This document shows, piece after piece, positions 39,215 through 49,670 of a stretch of DNA of 64,000 nucleotides. The translations under genes were made by a program, and so were the position numbers. The notes beneath the pieces were generated by a model that was not told the DNA's origin, made no database searches, and was given only the letters and a program-made list of their open reading frames with translations. Numbering within the stretch: position 1 is the stretch's first letter; every line of letters begins with the position of its first letter. Source of the DNA: Terriglobia bacterium (GTDB lineage: Bacteria; Acidobacteriota; Terriglobia; JAJPHL01; JAPKYU01); NCBI GenBank assembly GCA_965206645.1, contig CBDBKE010000004.1:1824001-1888000 (forward strand), in the 5' to 3' direction.

Positions 39215-41395
39215 CTACCGCAGTACAATCTTTTCCACGGCGAGATTCTCTATCCGGTCGTAGACCCGCACCGCGATCGTGTGTTCCCCTGACGCGTTGC
39301 CTCGCAGGGTGAACCCATAGTGTTCCTGCAGCGAGTCGGAGAGCTGGTCGAGCGGGAGCACCAGTTGCCATTCCGAGCCATCCAGTGAGTACTCAGCCTT
39401 CCGGATCGGGGAGAGGGCATCGGTGGCGCGGAAACGGATCCGCAGCTTCCCGCCGTCGGGCTTCGCCTTCAGCTCCGCGATTTGCGGGGGCGTATTGTCC
39501 ACCACGAAGGGCCCGGCCTCGCGCGCGGTCGTCAGCGCATCCTGTTCGGAGTTGGAAGGGGCGTCGGAAGCCGTCACCTTGACGTAGTAGGCGCCATCGG
39601 GAAACGCGGTGGAATCCCACGAGTAGAATTGGGTGGTGAGCTTGTCTTTCAGCAGCTTCCAGGTTTCTTCGTCCCGGCCGCGGATGTATAGCGCATAGAT
39701 CAGGGTGTCGTCGTTGGTGTCGCGGGCAGCCCAGCGCGCCCCCTGGGCGCCCTTTTCTCGCACCAATTGGGTGGGGGGTGAGATGCGCGGATTGGCCGGG
39801 GTTGGGGATTTCTGCCTCCTCGGGCTCAACGGTGGCAGCGTGAGCCGTTGCACCGCTGTGCGGGCGGCGGGTGCCCTGGCTTGAAAACGGTAGCCGGCCG
39901 GGGTAGGCTCCACGCGGTCGATGATCGGCGTCAGATTCTTAGGAAAGTAAGCGATCTCTACCTTGTCCAGCAACGAGGTCCGCTTACCTTGACCGGAGGT
40001 TAGCACGCCCTTCCACTGCAAGAAGCGCGCCCCGGGGCTGCTGCTGATTTCTCCGGGTGACCGGTAGGCGGGCGACCAGGGGCTCCAGTTGCGGTCCGGG
40101 TTGTCCACGTTACCGGAGCGGGTGAACACCGTCAGGCTGGAGCCGTCCGGCGTCTCCCCCTCCCAGAAGACGCGTCCCCACCGCGCAAAATGGCGCGCGT
40201 CAAACACCTCCGATTCGAAGGTTCCCTCGGCCTCGTAGGCGCTGCTAATTTCCAGCACCCTTCCGAGATTGCTGCTCGCGGCGTAAAGCGCGCCGCTGCG
40301 GGTCTGCAAGAAGGCGGTGATCTGAGTGGATTCCGCTTTCAGCAAGCTGGTGTAGAGGTGCTCGGAGTCGATCTGGAAAACCTTCCCTTGGTTGCCGGTG
40401 CCGAGCAGGAGCTTCCCGTTGCTGTCAAAAGCCAGGGCGTAGACGACCTCATTCTTGGAGGCCCACAGTTGCCTCGGTTCCCCGTCAGGGAAGATCCGGT
40501 AGACCCCCGTGCCGCCAGCCACCGGAGGCGGCGCAGGTCGGCTCAGACGACGCACGGTAGCAGCGGCGGGTACCACCTGGGACGGCGGAGGAGCGGGAGC
40601 CGCTGGCGTAGCCGGCCGCTGTTGCTTGTTGCCCACCGCGGCCGCGTAAATGCTGCCGTCGGCGCCAATGGCCACTGCCGTAACTTCCTTCTTGTCCGCC
40701 TGGTACAGGACGAAGCCTTCGCCTGCAGGGGAAATGCGCAGGATCAGCCCGCTGGGGTCAGTGCCCACGATCACGTTGCCCGACTTGTCGACGGCGATCG
40801 AGCGGGCATGGGTTTCCTCGCTCCTGAAAAACACCTTGGCTTCACCCTTGGGGTCCACCCGGTACAGCTCGCCTTTGTCCCCGGTGGCCACCAGCAGGTT
40901 GCCCTGCGGGTCAAACGCCAACGCCCACACATACTTTGCCTCAGGCTCAAAGAAGACACTGGCTTCGCCGTCAGGGGTGATCTTGTAGATCTTGGGGTCC
41001 GGCGAAGTGGCGGCATAGAGGTTATCCGCTGCATCCACCGCCAGCGCATGAATCTCAAGGTCTTTGACCTCAAACACCGTTTCCGGTTTCGCCTCGCCGC
41101 TGGCGGCGGATGCGGAGCCGATGCGCACGACTTTGCCGGGCGAGCCCCCACCCGCGAAGACGTTACCGCGGCTGTCCTCCGCCAGCGCCCAAATGTAGTT
41201 CAGATCAGGATCGCAGACCTGACGGAACCGCGGCGCCAGGCGCAGTTTTCCGTCGCTACGAAGGGACAGGCCCTCGAGCGTGCCCTTGTCAAAATCTTGG
41301 TAGCCCTTCTGTTCCCAGAACTGCGTGTCGGCCGCCGACAGGTTCAGGGCGAGGGCCAAGCTGGAAAAAGCAACTAGAACTAGAAAATGTCTCAT
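39215..41395 (-). CDS. Secreted beta-propeller repeat protein with C-terminal Ig/FnIII-like modules
   Basis: Signal peptide; repeated (W/Y)ALA.D..GNL..ATG..G..Y.I blades; PDGAY..KV.ASD and DNTPP. Confidence 0.8.
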   Translation of the reverse strand: MRHFLVLVAFSSLALALNLSAADTQFWEQKGYQDFDKGTLEGLSLRSDGKLRLAPRFRQVCDPDLNYIWALAEDSRGNVFAGGGSPGKVVRIGSASAASGEAKPETVFEVKDLEIHALAVDAADNLYAATSPDPKIYKITPDGEASVFFEPEAKYVWALAFDPQGNLLVATGDKGELYRVDPKGEAKVFFRSEETHARSIAVDKSGNVIVGTDPSGLILRISPAGEGFVLYQADKKEVTAVAIGADGSIYAAAVGNKQQRPATPAAPAPPPSQVVPAAATVRRLSRPAPPPVAGGTGVYRIFPDGEPRQLWASKNEVVYALAFDSNGKLLLGTGNQGKVFQIDSEHLYTSLLKAESTQITAFLQTRSGALYAASSNLGRVLEISSAYEAEGTFESEVFDARHFARWGRVFWEGETPDGSSLTVFTRSGNVDNPDRNWSPWSPAYRSPGEISSSPGARFLQWKGVLTSGQGKRTSLLDKVEIAYFPKNLTPIIDRVEPTPAGYRFQARAPAARTAVQRLTLPPLSPRRQKSPTPANPRISPPTQLVREKGAQGARWAARDTNDDTLIYALYIRGRDEETWKLLKDKLTTQFYSWDSTAFPDGAYYVKVTASDAPSNSEQDALTTAREAGPFVVDNTPPQIAELKAKPDGGKLRIRFRATDALSPIRKAEYSLDGSEWQLVLPLDQLSDSLQEHYGFTLRGNASGEHTIAVRVYDRIENLAVEKIVLR

Positions 41396-41422
41396 GGGTT
41401 CGGGTCCGATCCCAATGCGGGG

Positions 41423-43267
41423 CTATTTCACCCTCACCACCACCGTCTGGCTTCCAGAGATGACGTAGTCCACCGGAATGGCTTGCTGGTGGAGAGAAGA
41501 TCCCGTCCGGAGGGTCAGACGGTTTTGGGTCCGGCTCGGGTCAATGACGTTAGCCACCGAGGAAGGAAGGCTGGGCAGAACTTTGTCCTGGACAAACGCT
41601 GTGCGGCCGGGCCCCAGCAGAGTAATGTAGAGCCACCCGTTGGCGTGCTCCTGGTTCATCATGGAAATCAGCTGGGTCAAGCCGACCATCCGATTGCGGG
41701 ACAGCAAGGCCCTCTGAGACCGATTCACCACATCCGCGTCGCTGAATAAAATTCGGAGGTTGCCCTTGGGGGTCGTTGTCGGGATCGTCACACGGGCATC
41801 CTTGACCATGCGGTCACCTCGGTAGGGCCGCAGGAAAACTTTGAGGTCGAGGGTTTCTCCAGGGCGGACCTCGTTTTTTTGCACCCACACATGTTCGATG
41901 GCGGCCGTGCGCCGTTCCGGGATGACTTCGAAATCCGCCTTGACGCCAGAGATCTTGGGCGTCTCGAAAGGATTATTAAAGATTCGGGAGAAACGACCGC
42001 TGATCCAGGCGCTGAGGCCCATGGGGCCTCGCATCCTTCCCCTGCCCCCACTGTTGGGGTATAGGTTGTCCAGCTTCACGTCGGGGAAGCCGTCTAGCTG
42101 GATGGAACCGTTCACCCGGTAGGTGACTTCCTCGCCGTAGGCATTGGTGCGGAACAGGGTATTGAAGACGGTAAGCATCATGAGTAAGGGAGTGAATCTG
42201 GCATTTTGGAAGACGTGGAAGCGATACGTTCGGCTGTTGTCTCCAACGCGGACGCTGGCTTCCACCGGGATCATCGGCGCGGTCCGGCCCAGCACGCCGA
42301 GAATCCCCGAGTGGCGGTCCTGTCGCAGTGCGCCGACCACTTGGTCGGTGTTCACGATCTTAAACGAGACGAAGTCAGAGCCCAGCACCGTCACCACGTC
42401 GGCGGTCGCCATGGGCATCTCGATCTTGCCGAAGTTGAAGAAGGGATGGCCGAAGGCCAGGACCCGGTGACCGTCGTTGTACGTGACCGTGCCGGTGCCG
42501 GCCACGGACAGGTCTCCAGAAATTAGGACGCCTGAAACGGCCCCGCCCGGCGGGAGGGCCCGTTTCAGGGCCTCCGGGTCGGAAATCGGTTCGGGATTGC
42601 TCAGCGCGCTGCCCGCTCCCCCTTGGACCGGGGTGACCCCAAAGCGCCGGAAAACGTCGGTAAACTGTTGCAACACCTCGTCATGGAATCCGGTGAAGGC
42701 CAAGGGCGTTTCAATCGGCACCAGAAATGCGGCCGGGCTCGGCCCGCTGACTGGCTCCGGCTTCAGGAGCGCCTCGAACTCGGCCGACAGCGGCACCTCC
42801 TGCCCGGCAGTCCCGGCAGTCAAGGTCGCGCCAGGGCCCTTGCTCTCGTCGAGTTCCTTGATCTCCAGCATAAGCTCGGCAGGGGTGATCCCGGCTATCG
42901 GCTCGTGAGCAAACACTCCCACGCGCAGCGAAATAGCCCCCACCAGCTTGCCATCCAGGTAGACGGGGCTGCCGCTCATGCCGGCGGCCACGCCCGTTTT
43001 CTCCACCCTGTCTCCCAGCCGTGCCAGGATGATGTGCTGTCCGGGCCCCCAAACGTTCTTGAGCACGCCCAGGATTTCTACCGCGAAGGCCTCCACTTCC
43101 TTCCCTTCAAACACGGTGTACCCGACCGCCTTCATGCCTGGCCTGAGGTCTTGGACCGGGAAGGCCTCTACCGCCTGACCGGCCACCGGCACTGTCGGAC
43201 TCTCGGCGGCCAGGGTTAGACCGCAGAGCAGGAATGAAACGAATAAGGAAGCCAGCTTAGTTACCAT
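41423..43267 (-). CDS. SpoIVB peptidase S55-domain protein, exported
   Basis: F.VEILGV, GMSGSPVY.DGKLVGA and LAFGHPF motifs. Confidence 0.85.
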   Translation of the reverse strand: MVTKLASLFVSFLLCGLTLAAESPTVPVAGQAVEAFPVQDLRPGMKAVGYTVFEGKEVEAFAVEILGVLKNVWGPGQHIILARLGDRVEKTGVAAGMSGSPVYLDGKLVGAISLRVGVFAHEPIAGITPAELMLEIKELDESKGPGATLTAGTAGQEVPLSAEFEALLKPEPVSGPSPAAFLVPIETPLAFTGFHDEVLQQFTDVFRRFGVTPVQGGAGSALSNPEPISDPEALKRALPPGGAVSGVLISGDLSVAGTGTVTYNDGHRVLAFGHPFFNFGKIEMPMATADVVTVLGSDFVSFKIVNTDQVVGALRQDRHSGILGVLGRTAPMIPVEASVRVGDNSRTYRFHVFQNARFTPLLMMLTVFNTLFRTNAYGEEVTYRVNGSIQLDGFPDVKLDNLYPNSGGRGRMRGPMGLSAWISGRFSRIFNNPFETPKISGVKADFEVIPERRTAAIEHVWVQKNEVRPGETLDLKVFLRPYRGDRMVKDARVTIPTTTPKGNLRILFSDADVVNRSQRALLSRNRMVGLTQLISMMNQEHANGWLYITLLGPGRTAFVQDKVLPSLPSSVANVIDPSRTQNRLTLRTGSSLHQQAIPVDYVISGSQTVVVRVK

Positions 43268-43540
43268 GTCCCCAGGTTCCTAGTCATGCTTTTAGGCTGG
43301 ACCTTTAAGGTTGCCCGAAAGCGGGAGGGTCGATTTTATTTTCTAATACCCCGGTAGCAACAAGCAAGGCCAAAGTGGCGGTCGTGCTGAGGCTTGCATC
43401 GAGCACCCGGCACCGGGAACCGCTGGACCCCTTCTAGCCGCTGCTAGCTGCCTTTTTGTCGCATCTGGCGTTTTGCGCTTGGCACTTTGTATGTTTGCCT
43501 GTAAGCTGAAGACCCTTCTGAATCTGAGGATACTGCGAAG

Positions 43541-45031
43541 ATGAACCTCTTGTTTCTCTACCCTGAGTTCCCTACCACCTTCTGGAGTTTCAAGCATGCC
43601 TTGAAGTTCGAGAGGAAGCGCTCGGCCTTCCCTCCGCTCGGCCTGATGACCATCGCCCCCCTTTTTCCTGCCGGGTGGAACCGACGTTTGGTGGACTTGA
43701 ACGTCGAGCCCCTGCGTGACCGCGACCTGAAGTGGGCGGACGTGGCGCTGATCAGCGGGATGCTGGTCCAGCAGGAGTCGATGGAGGAAGTGGCGCGCCG
43801 CTGCCGCCGCCATGGCCTGCCTGTGGTCATGGGCGGCCCAATTACCAGCGGAGTGGATTTCAGCCACCTCGCCGACGCGGTGATGCAGGGCGAGGCCGAA
43901 GACCTGATCGGGCAGCTCGCCACCGACCTCGAAGCCAGGAGCTTGAAGCCGGTCTACGGGCACCCGGAGCGGCCCTCGTTGCTTCGCTCGCCGCTGCCGG
44001 ACTTAAGCCTGATCCGCATCCAGAAGTACAGTGCCATGGCTCTCCAGTATTCACGCGGCTGCCCGTTCAACTGCGAATTCTGTGACATCATCGAAATTTA
44101 CGGGCGCAAACCGCGCACCAAGAGCCCCCCGCAGGTGGTGGAAGAGCTGGAATCGCTGCTGCGCGCCGGGTGGCGAGGCTCGGTGTTCATTGTGGACGAC
44201 AATTTCATTGGCAACAAACCCAATGTAAAGCAGCTTCTGCCGGTGCTCGCCGACTGGACCGAGCGGAATCACCACCCGTTTTACTTCCTCACCGAGGCTT
44301 CGCTGAACCTGGCCGAGGACGAGGAGCTGTTGGGGCAAATGCGCCGCGCCAACTTCGTGAAGGTCTTCCTGGGAATTGAGACACCGGTGGAGGCCAGCCT
44401 CATCGAGACGCAGAAATATCAGAATACCCGGAAGGATTTGCTGGAGAGCGTGCGTCTGATCCAGAGCTATGGTCTGGAAGTGATGGGTGGCTTCATCGTG
44501 GGCTTCGACAACGATCCGCCCAATATCTTCGAAGAGCAACTGCGTTTCATCCGCGAGAGCGCCATCCCCGTCGCCATGGTCGCGTTGCTCACGGCTCTGC
44601 CCAACACCCAGCTCTACCGCCGCCTCCAGCGTGAGGGCCGCCTGCTGATACAGAGCAGCGGCAATAACGTGGCCACGGATTGCAGGCTGAACTTCATCCC
44701 GCGGATGAATGCCGAGACGCTGGTCGATGGGTACAAGAACCTCCTCAAGGTCATCTACAATCCCGAAGAATACTACCGCCGCGCGTTGCGATTCCTGGAA
44801 CACAGTGGACCGAGCACTGCCCAGACCGTTCGCAAGCTTTCCGATTACCTAGCCTTTGGCACCTCCTTGCTGCGCCAGGGCGTCCTGGGAAGTTCGCGAA
44901 TGGCCTATTGGCGCTTCCTGATGCAGGCCGCGCGTCATCACCGTCACGAGTTTGGGACCGCAGTGGGCCTGGCCATCCGCGGCTACCACCTCCAGCAGAT
45001 CACGAAAACCTACTGCGGCAACACGCCCTAG
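43541..45031 (+). CDS. B12-binding radical SAM protein with DUF4070-type C-terminus
   Basis: YPEFPTTFWSF, PPLGL.T, SRGCPFNCEFCDI, VDDNFIGN, GFIVGFD.D and NFIP motifs. Confidence 0.88.
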   Translation: MNLLFLYPEFPTTFWSFKHALKFERKRSAFPPLGLMTIAPLFPAGWNRRLVDLNVEPLRDRDLKWADVALISGMLVQQESMEEVARRCRRHGLPVVMGGPITSGVDFSHLADAVMQGEAEDLIGQLATDLEARSLKPVYGHPERPSLLRSPLPDLSLIRIQKYSAMALQYSRGCPFNCEFCDIIEIYGRKPRTKSPPQVVEELESLLRAGWRGSVFIVDDNFIGNKPNVKQLLPVLADWTERNHHPFYFLTEASLNLAEDEELLGQMRRANFVKVFLGIETPVEASLIETQKYQNTRKDLLESVRLIQSYGLEVMGGFIVGFDNDPPNIFEEQLRFIRESAIPVAMVALLTALPNTQLYRRLQREGRLLIQSSGNNVATDCRLNFIPRMNAETLVDGYKNLLKVIYNPEEYYRRALRFLEHSGPSTAQTVRKLSDYLAFGTSLLRQGVLGSSRMAYWRFLMQAARHHRHEFGTAVGLAIRGYHLQQITKTYCGNTP

Positions 45032-45130
45032 AAGGCGCCACCCGGACGCGAAGCGGCGGCAATTCACCAAATCATCAGCTTTAGCGCTCTTGCAAGGGGA
45101 CGAGAGAGGTTGGCTCCGGCGCCAGGTCCT

Positions 45131-45436
45131 TTAGGCGGCGACCAATACGTCAGCGCCCTCGACTTTGACCTCGTAGGTGGGAAGTTTGGCTGCGGGATTG
45201 AAAGCACATTGCCCGGTCTTCATATCGTACTGCCAGCCGTGCCAGGGGCATTCAACCGCATTCCCCTCCAGCGCGCCCTGGCCAATCGGCCCACCACGGT
45301 GCAGGCAGGTATTGTCCACCGCGTAGAATTGACCCTGGAGGTTAGCCACCGCGATTTTCTTGCCGTTGGCCTCCACCTCGCGCACGGTCCCTGTGGGGAT
45401 ATCGGCGACAGCCGCTACCTTGACGAACGCTGGCAT
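45131..45436 (-). CDS. Rieske [2Fe-2S] ferredoxin
   Basis: CLH...CPWH ligands. Confidence 0.92.
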   Translation of the reverse strand: MPAFVKVAAVADIPTGTVREVEANGKKIAVANLQGQFYAVDNTCLHRGGPIGQGALEGNAVECPWHGWQYDMKTGQCAFNPAAKLPTYEVKVEGADVLVAA

Positions 45437-45453
45437 AAGGTGTTCCTTCCCGT

Positions 45454-46014
45454 TTACTTCGGTTGAGGAGTCTGGGCGATCATCACCTGGCTCTTGAAGT
45501 TTTCCACCATCGGGGGCGTCAGCCGCACTTCGGTGGGATGCTTGGCCAGGCTCATCTGGTCAATCTTGTCTTGCAGCTTGAGGAGCGCGTAAAACAGGTT
45601 CTCCGGACGAGGCGGGCAGCCGATGACATACACGTCCACCGGCACGATCTTGTCCACTCCCTGCAGGACCGCGTAGGTATTGAAGGGGCCGCCCACACTG
45701 GAACAAGCCCCCATGGAGATGACCCACTTGGGATCGGGCATTTGGTCGTAGACGCGTTTCAGCACGGGGGCCATCTTCAGGGTTACGGTGCCGGCCACAA
45801 TCATCAGGTCTGCCTGGCGCGGGCTGGGTCGGAAAACTTCGGCGCCAAACCGGGCGATATCAAACCGCGAGGTGCTGGAGGCGATCATCTCGATAGCGCA
45901 GCAGGCCAGCCCGAACGTCAACGGCCAGATCGCCGACTTGCGGGCCCAGTTGAACACGTAGTCTACCGAGGTGATGATGAAGTTCTTCTCGAATTTGTTC
46001 TGAAGATAGCCCAT
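45454..46014 (-). CDS. nuoB: NADH-quinone oxidoreductase subunit B
   Basis: [23 protein letters not shown] and VDVYV.GCPPRPE motifs. Confidence 0.95.
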   Translation of the reverse strand: MGYLQNKFEKNFIITSVDYVFNWARKSAIWPLTFGLACCAIEMIASSTSRFDIARFGAEVFRPSPRQADLMIVAGTVTLKMAPVLKRVYDQMPDPKWVISMGACSSVGGPFNTYAVLQGVDKIVPVDVYVIGCPPRPENLFYALLKLQDKIDQMSLAKHPTEVRLTPPMVENFKSQVMIAQTPQPK

Positions 46015-46115
46015 GCCTAGGCCTCAACACCCCCTGCGATAGCCCTTGTACAAGCTCTCCAGCATAGCACAACTGGCGGACCTTCGATCTCCCCTTCCGG
46101 AACGATTGCCGGCCG

Positions 46116-46412
46116 TTAGCCGCCGGCTATGGCCCCCACGACAATAAAAGGTTCGGCCCCTATCGCGACCGCCTCGGGCAGCGGGTTGTCCGGTAGTTCG
46201 TGGGACAGATCGTGCTCGCAGGCGAAGAACCTGAGGAACGCTCGGCGCTGTTGCGTGACGTGGTCGCGGAACGTCCCTCGCAACATCGGACACCTGGCCT
46301 CGAGAGCGTCGAGGACCGAGCGCTGCGTAACCGGACCTTCAACGTGGAGCTTCACCTCGCCGGCGATGTGCGCCAGAGTCCGCAGATGTGCCGGGAGCAC
46401 GACTCGGATCAT
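46116..46412 (-). CDS. MoaD/ThiS-family ubiquitin-like protein
   Basis: [11 protein letters not shown] start and C-terminal AIAGG; overlaps the upstream stop (ATGA). Confidence 0.88.
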   Translation of the reverse strand: MIRVVLPAHLRTLAHIAGEVKLHVEGPVTQRSVLDALEARCPMLRGTFRDHVTQQRRAFLRFFACEHDLSHELPDNPLPEAVAIGAEPFIVVGAIAGG

Positions 46413-47524
46413 GGCAGCATCTGGACTTCGACAGACAACACGGGCGGAAGATCCCGGACGATGGGAGTCCATCTGTCTCCGGCATCAGCCGACGCGTACA
46501 CCTGACCGCCGGTGGTGCCGAAATACACACCGCACGGATCGAGCGAGTCGACGGCCATCGAGTCGCGCAACACGTTGACGTAGCAGTTGCTTTGCGGCAG
46601 ACCTTTCGTGAGCGCCTCCCACTCGTTTCCCCCCGTCCGGCTGCGGTACACGCGCAGCTTTCCCTCGGGCGGATAGTGCTCGGAGTCGCTCTTGATCGGG
46701 ACGACGTAGACAGTGTCCGGCTCGTGCGCATGTACCTCGATCGGGAACCCGAAGTCGGTCGGCAAGTTCCCGCTGACCTCTTGTCACGACTCGCCGGCGT
46801 CGTCGCTGCGCATGACGTCCCAGTGTTTCTGCATGAACAGCACGCTAGGACGCGACGGGTGCATCGCGATGCGATGAACGCAATGGCCGACCTCGGCATT
46901 CGGGTCGGGGATGTGTTCGGACTTCAGTCCACGGTTGATCGGTCGCCACGTCTTGCCGACGTTGTCGGTCCGGAATACGCCCGCAGCCGAGATGGCGATG
47001 AAGATCCGCCCGGGACCGCTCGGATCAAGAAGGATCGTGTGCAGGCACAGCCCGCCGGCGCCTGGCTGCCACCGGGGCCCCGTGCCGTGGCCGCGCAGTC
47101 CGGCGAGTTCCTGCCACGTCTGGCCGCCGTCGGTAGAACGGAACAAGGCGGCGTCTTCAACCCCGGCGCAAACAGTGTCCGGATCGGTAAGCGACGGTTC
47201 GAGATGCCAGACTCGCTTGAACTCCCAGGGGTGCGGCGTGCCATCGTACCACTGGTGAGTGCCAGGGACGCCCTCGTACACGAACTTGTTACCCACCGGT
47301 TCCCAAGTCTTGCCACCGTCGTTCGAGCTCTGCATCACCTGCCCGAACCAGTCGCTGGACTGCGACGCATACAGCCTATTCGGGTCAGCGGGAGACCTCT
47401 TGAGATGGAAGATCGCCCAGCCCCCAAAGTGGGGGCCACTGATGTCCCAGCGTTCGCGCTTTGCGTCCGACGTCAGGACGAATGCGCCCTTGCGTGTGCC
47501 AACCAGTACTCGTATCTTGCTCAT
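46409..47524 (-). pseudogene. BNR/Asp-box beta-propeller (sialidase-like) protein with an in-frame TGA at 46784-46786
   Basis: S.DGG.TW repeats. [21 protein letters not shown] reads through in frame, with the stop at the Asp-box Trp. Confidence 0.88.
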
Positions 47525-48019
47525 CCCTTACTCCTTCACGAGATTCCCTCCGGAACGACGTCTTGACTTCGGCGCTCGATCATTAGCACTGTAACTTTCG
47601 AAATGCACGTCATACTACGCCAGGTCGCGTTGACTTTACACCAGGGGCTCCTCGCGAACCACAGCGAAGTTCAGGATGCCGCCGGAGAATCGGCGTCCGC
47701 CTGGATTCAATCAAGCTAATCGCGTATTTCCCAGACACGGTTCCGGACGGGTGGTCGCCAACCCAGAAACTATCGCAGCGCTTTGCCGCTCCTCGTCTAA
47801 CGTCAGCGGTCACTTGGGCGTGCAGTCGGCTTACCGGAAACTGACCCATTACCTCTCCTCCAGGTGGGTTGTCTCCAATATAGCGATCCCAGGCGAACGC
47901 GTTGCGGCTCCCTCCTGGGGCAGCCCTCGCCTCCGGAACCATCGGTGCAATGACTAATGTTTCCTGGAACCGCAGAAGGTTTGACAGTGGTGGAGTAAAA
48001 TACTACGGGAAACGGGTCT

Positions 48020-49375
48020 ATGAAAGATTTCTCTGATGGCCTCCTTTCCCCCGACACCGCAGAGCAGGGGGAGCGTCCCCGAGGGGGATTTTGGTCGAAG
48101 CTGGCACGGTTTTGGAGCCCCGAAGAGGCTCCGGCTGCGGAGCCAGAACCGCTGTCGGACGAGGCGGCACCGGGTGAGTCGCCGGCACAAGCGGTTTCCG
48201 GAGAGGCTGAAATCCCGGACGAAGTCCTCAAGGTGACCCCAGCGCTGGCCGTCGAACAACCGGCCCCTGTCGAAGAGAAATTTGTCGAAGAGCAGCCTGT
48301 TGAAGAGCAACCTGAGACGGCTGCGCAGGGTCCACCCTCGCCCGACCGTGCGCAAGCGAAGGCTGATCTGGCGGCTGACCTGGCGGAAGAGAATGCGACA
48401 TTGCGGGCGGCCGCGGACAAGCAAGATAAGCAAGTGGATAAGCAACAGGAGGAGCTTGAGCGGCTCTCGCGGGAACTGGAGCACTCACGCCAGGCTGACG
48501 CAGAGGCCCTAGAAGAAATCCGGGCCGAAGTGGAGAGCGAGCGAAAACGCGAGCAGGAGGCCATTCAGGCGGCGCAGCAAAAGTTCTCGGCCGAGATGCA
48601 GGAGGTGTTGGCCCGGAACAACCAAATCCATTCGGAAGCAGAGAAGCTGCGCACCGATCTGACCCGCATGGGTTCCGAACTGCAACGCGTCAACGCCGAG
48701 CGGGAGCGCCTGCAGAGCGAATCCGACCAGCTGCGCAAGGAGACTGCCGGCATCCGGCAGGCTAGTCAGGAGGTGCCGCAGTTGAAGGAGGAGGTGCGGC
48801 GATTGGACCAGGAGTTGACGCAGGCGCGTGCGGCGTTGGACTCCGGCCGGGCGGGCGACTTGCGCGAGGCGGCGGAGCTGACCGCCGAATTAGTGCAGCG
48901 CGACGACGAGCTCAAGCGTCTGAACGAACGCATGGCTGGCCTGGAACAAGAGCTGTCTTCCCGCGGTTTTCTGGTCCCTCTGTCTTCTCTGGACCCGGCG
49001 TTGCAACGGGTTCTGGCCCACATGGGGACTGCGGTCGAGGCCCAACGCATTGTTACGGAACTCTGGGACCGCCTGTTGGAGCAGGAAACGCGCTACAATG
49101 CCGCTAACTCGGCCGCCGACGAAGCCACCCGCGAGGACACCAACCCCAACACCCACGAGGTGGACATGCTACGGAAGCAAATGGCCGAACTCTATCAGGA
49201 CTTGATCGCTCCAATTACTGTGCTTTCCGCCAGCGCCGACCTGCTGTTGATGCGGCAAGACATCCCCCAGGACGGGCTGGCTTCATTGGAGGAAATCAGA
49301 CAGAGCGCGGCCACGGTGCGCCAAGTCATTGCCGGGATGCAGCCAATTTCCTCACCGGGTCCTCACAAAGGCTGA
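48020..49375 (+). CDS. Acidic coiled-coil protein with a degenerate HisKA-like C-terminus
   Basis: E/P/A-rich N-terminus, long heptad region, then LYQDLIAPITVLSASADLL. Confidence 0.72.
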   Translation: MKDFSDGLLSPDTAEQGERPRGGFWSKLARFWSPEEAPAAEPEPLSDEAAPGESPAQAVSGEAEIPDEVLKVTPALAVEQPAPVEEKFVEEQPVEEQPETAAQGPPSPDRAQAKADLAADLAEENATLRAAADKQDKQVDKQQEELERLSRELEHSRQADAEALEEIRAEVESERKREQEAIQAAQQKFSAEMQEVLARNNQIHSEAEKLRTDLTRMGSELQRVNAERERLQSESDQLRKETAGIRQASQEVPQLKEEVRRLDQELTQARAALDSGRAGDLREAAELTAELVQRDDELKRLNERMAGLEQELSSRGFLVPLSSLDPALQRVLAHMGTAVEAQRIVTELWDRLLEQETRYNAANSAADEATREDTNPNTHEVDMLRKQMAELYQDLIAPITVLSASADLLLMRQDIPQDGLASLEEIRQSAATVRQVIAGMQPISSPGPHKG

Positions 49376-49564
49376 ACTTTCAAGCTCAGTGCACCTGCTT
49401 AGTGCGCCTGCTGTCGTTCGCGTTCTGACCCTCCTGGTGCGGATGACACTCCGGCAAGTTGTTGGCGTAGCGGCAGGCTTCAGCCTGCCAAGACCCATGG
49501 CGGCCTAAAAACCGCCGCTGCTTGTCAAATCCCGCTAATGCAGATAGACCCTGAGCCTTTCTGG

Positions 49565-49627
49565 GCATCCGGCATTCAGCAGCATCCGGCATTCAGCAAC
49601 CGGCAACCAGCAGCAACCGGCAACCAG
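49565..49627. repeat. Short tandem repeats with a 17-bp period upstream of the sulfurtransferase
   Basis: gcatccggcattcagca twice, then gcaaccggcaaccag twice. Confidence 0.8.
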
Positions 49628-49670
49628 ATTCATCGCGTTCTGACACGCACACCGAACAAGGAGAGCCGCT

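Noticed and set aside
47583-47609. TTAGCACT as a CIRCE element
   Set aside because: The right arm GAGTGCTAA is missing and no chaperone gene is adjacent.
47610-47957. Short ORFs between the propeller and coiled-coil genes
   Set aside because: No motifs or clear RBS, so I left them unannotated.
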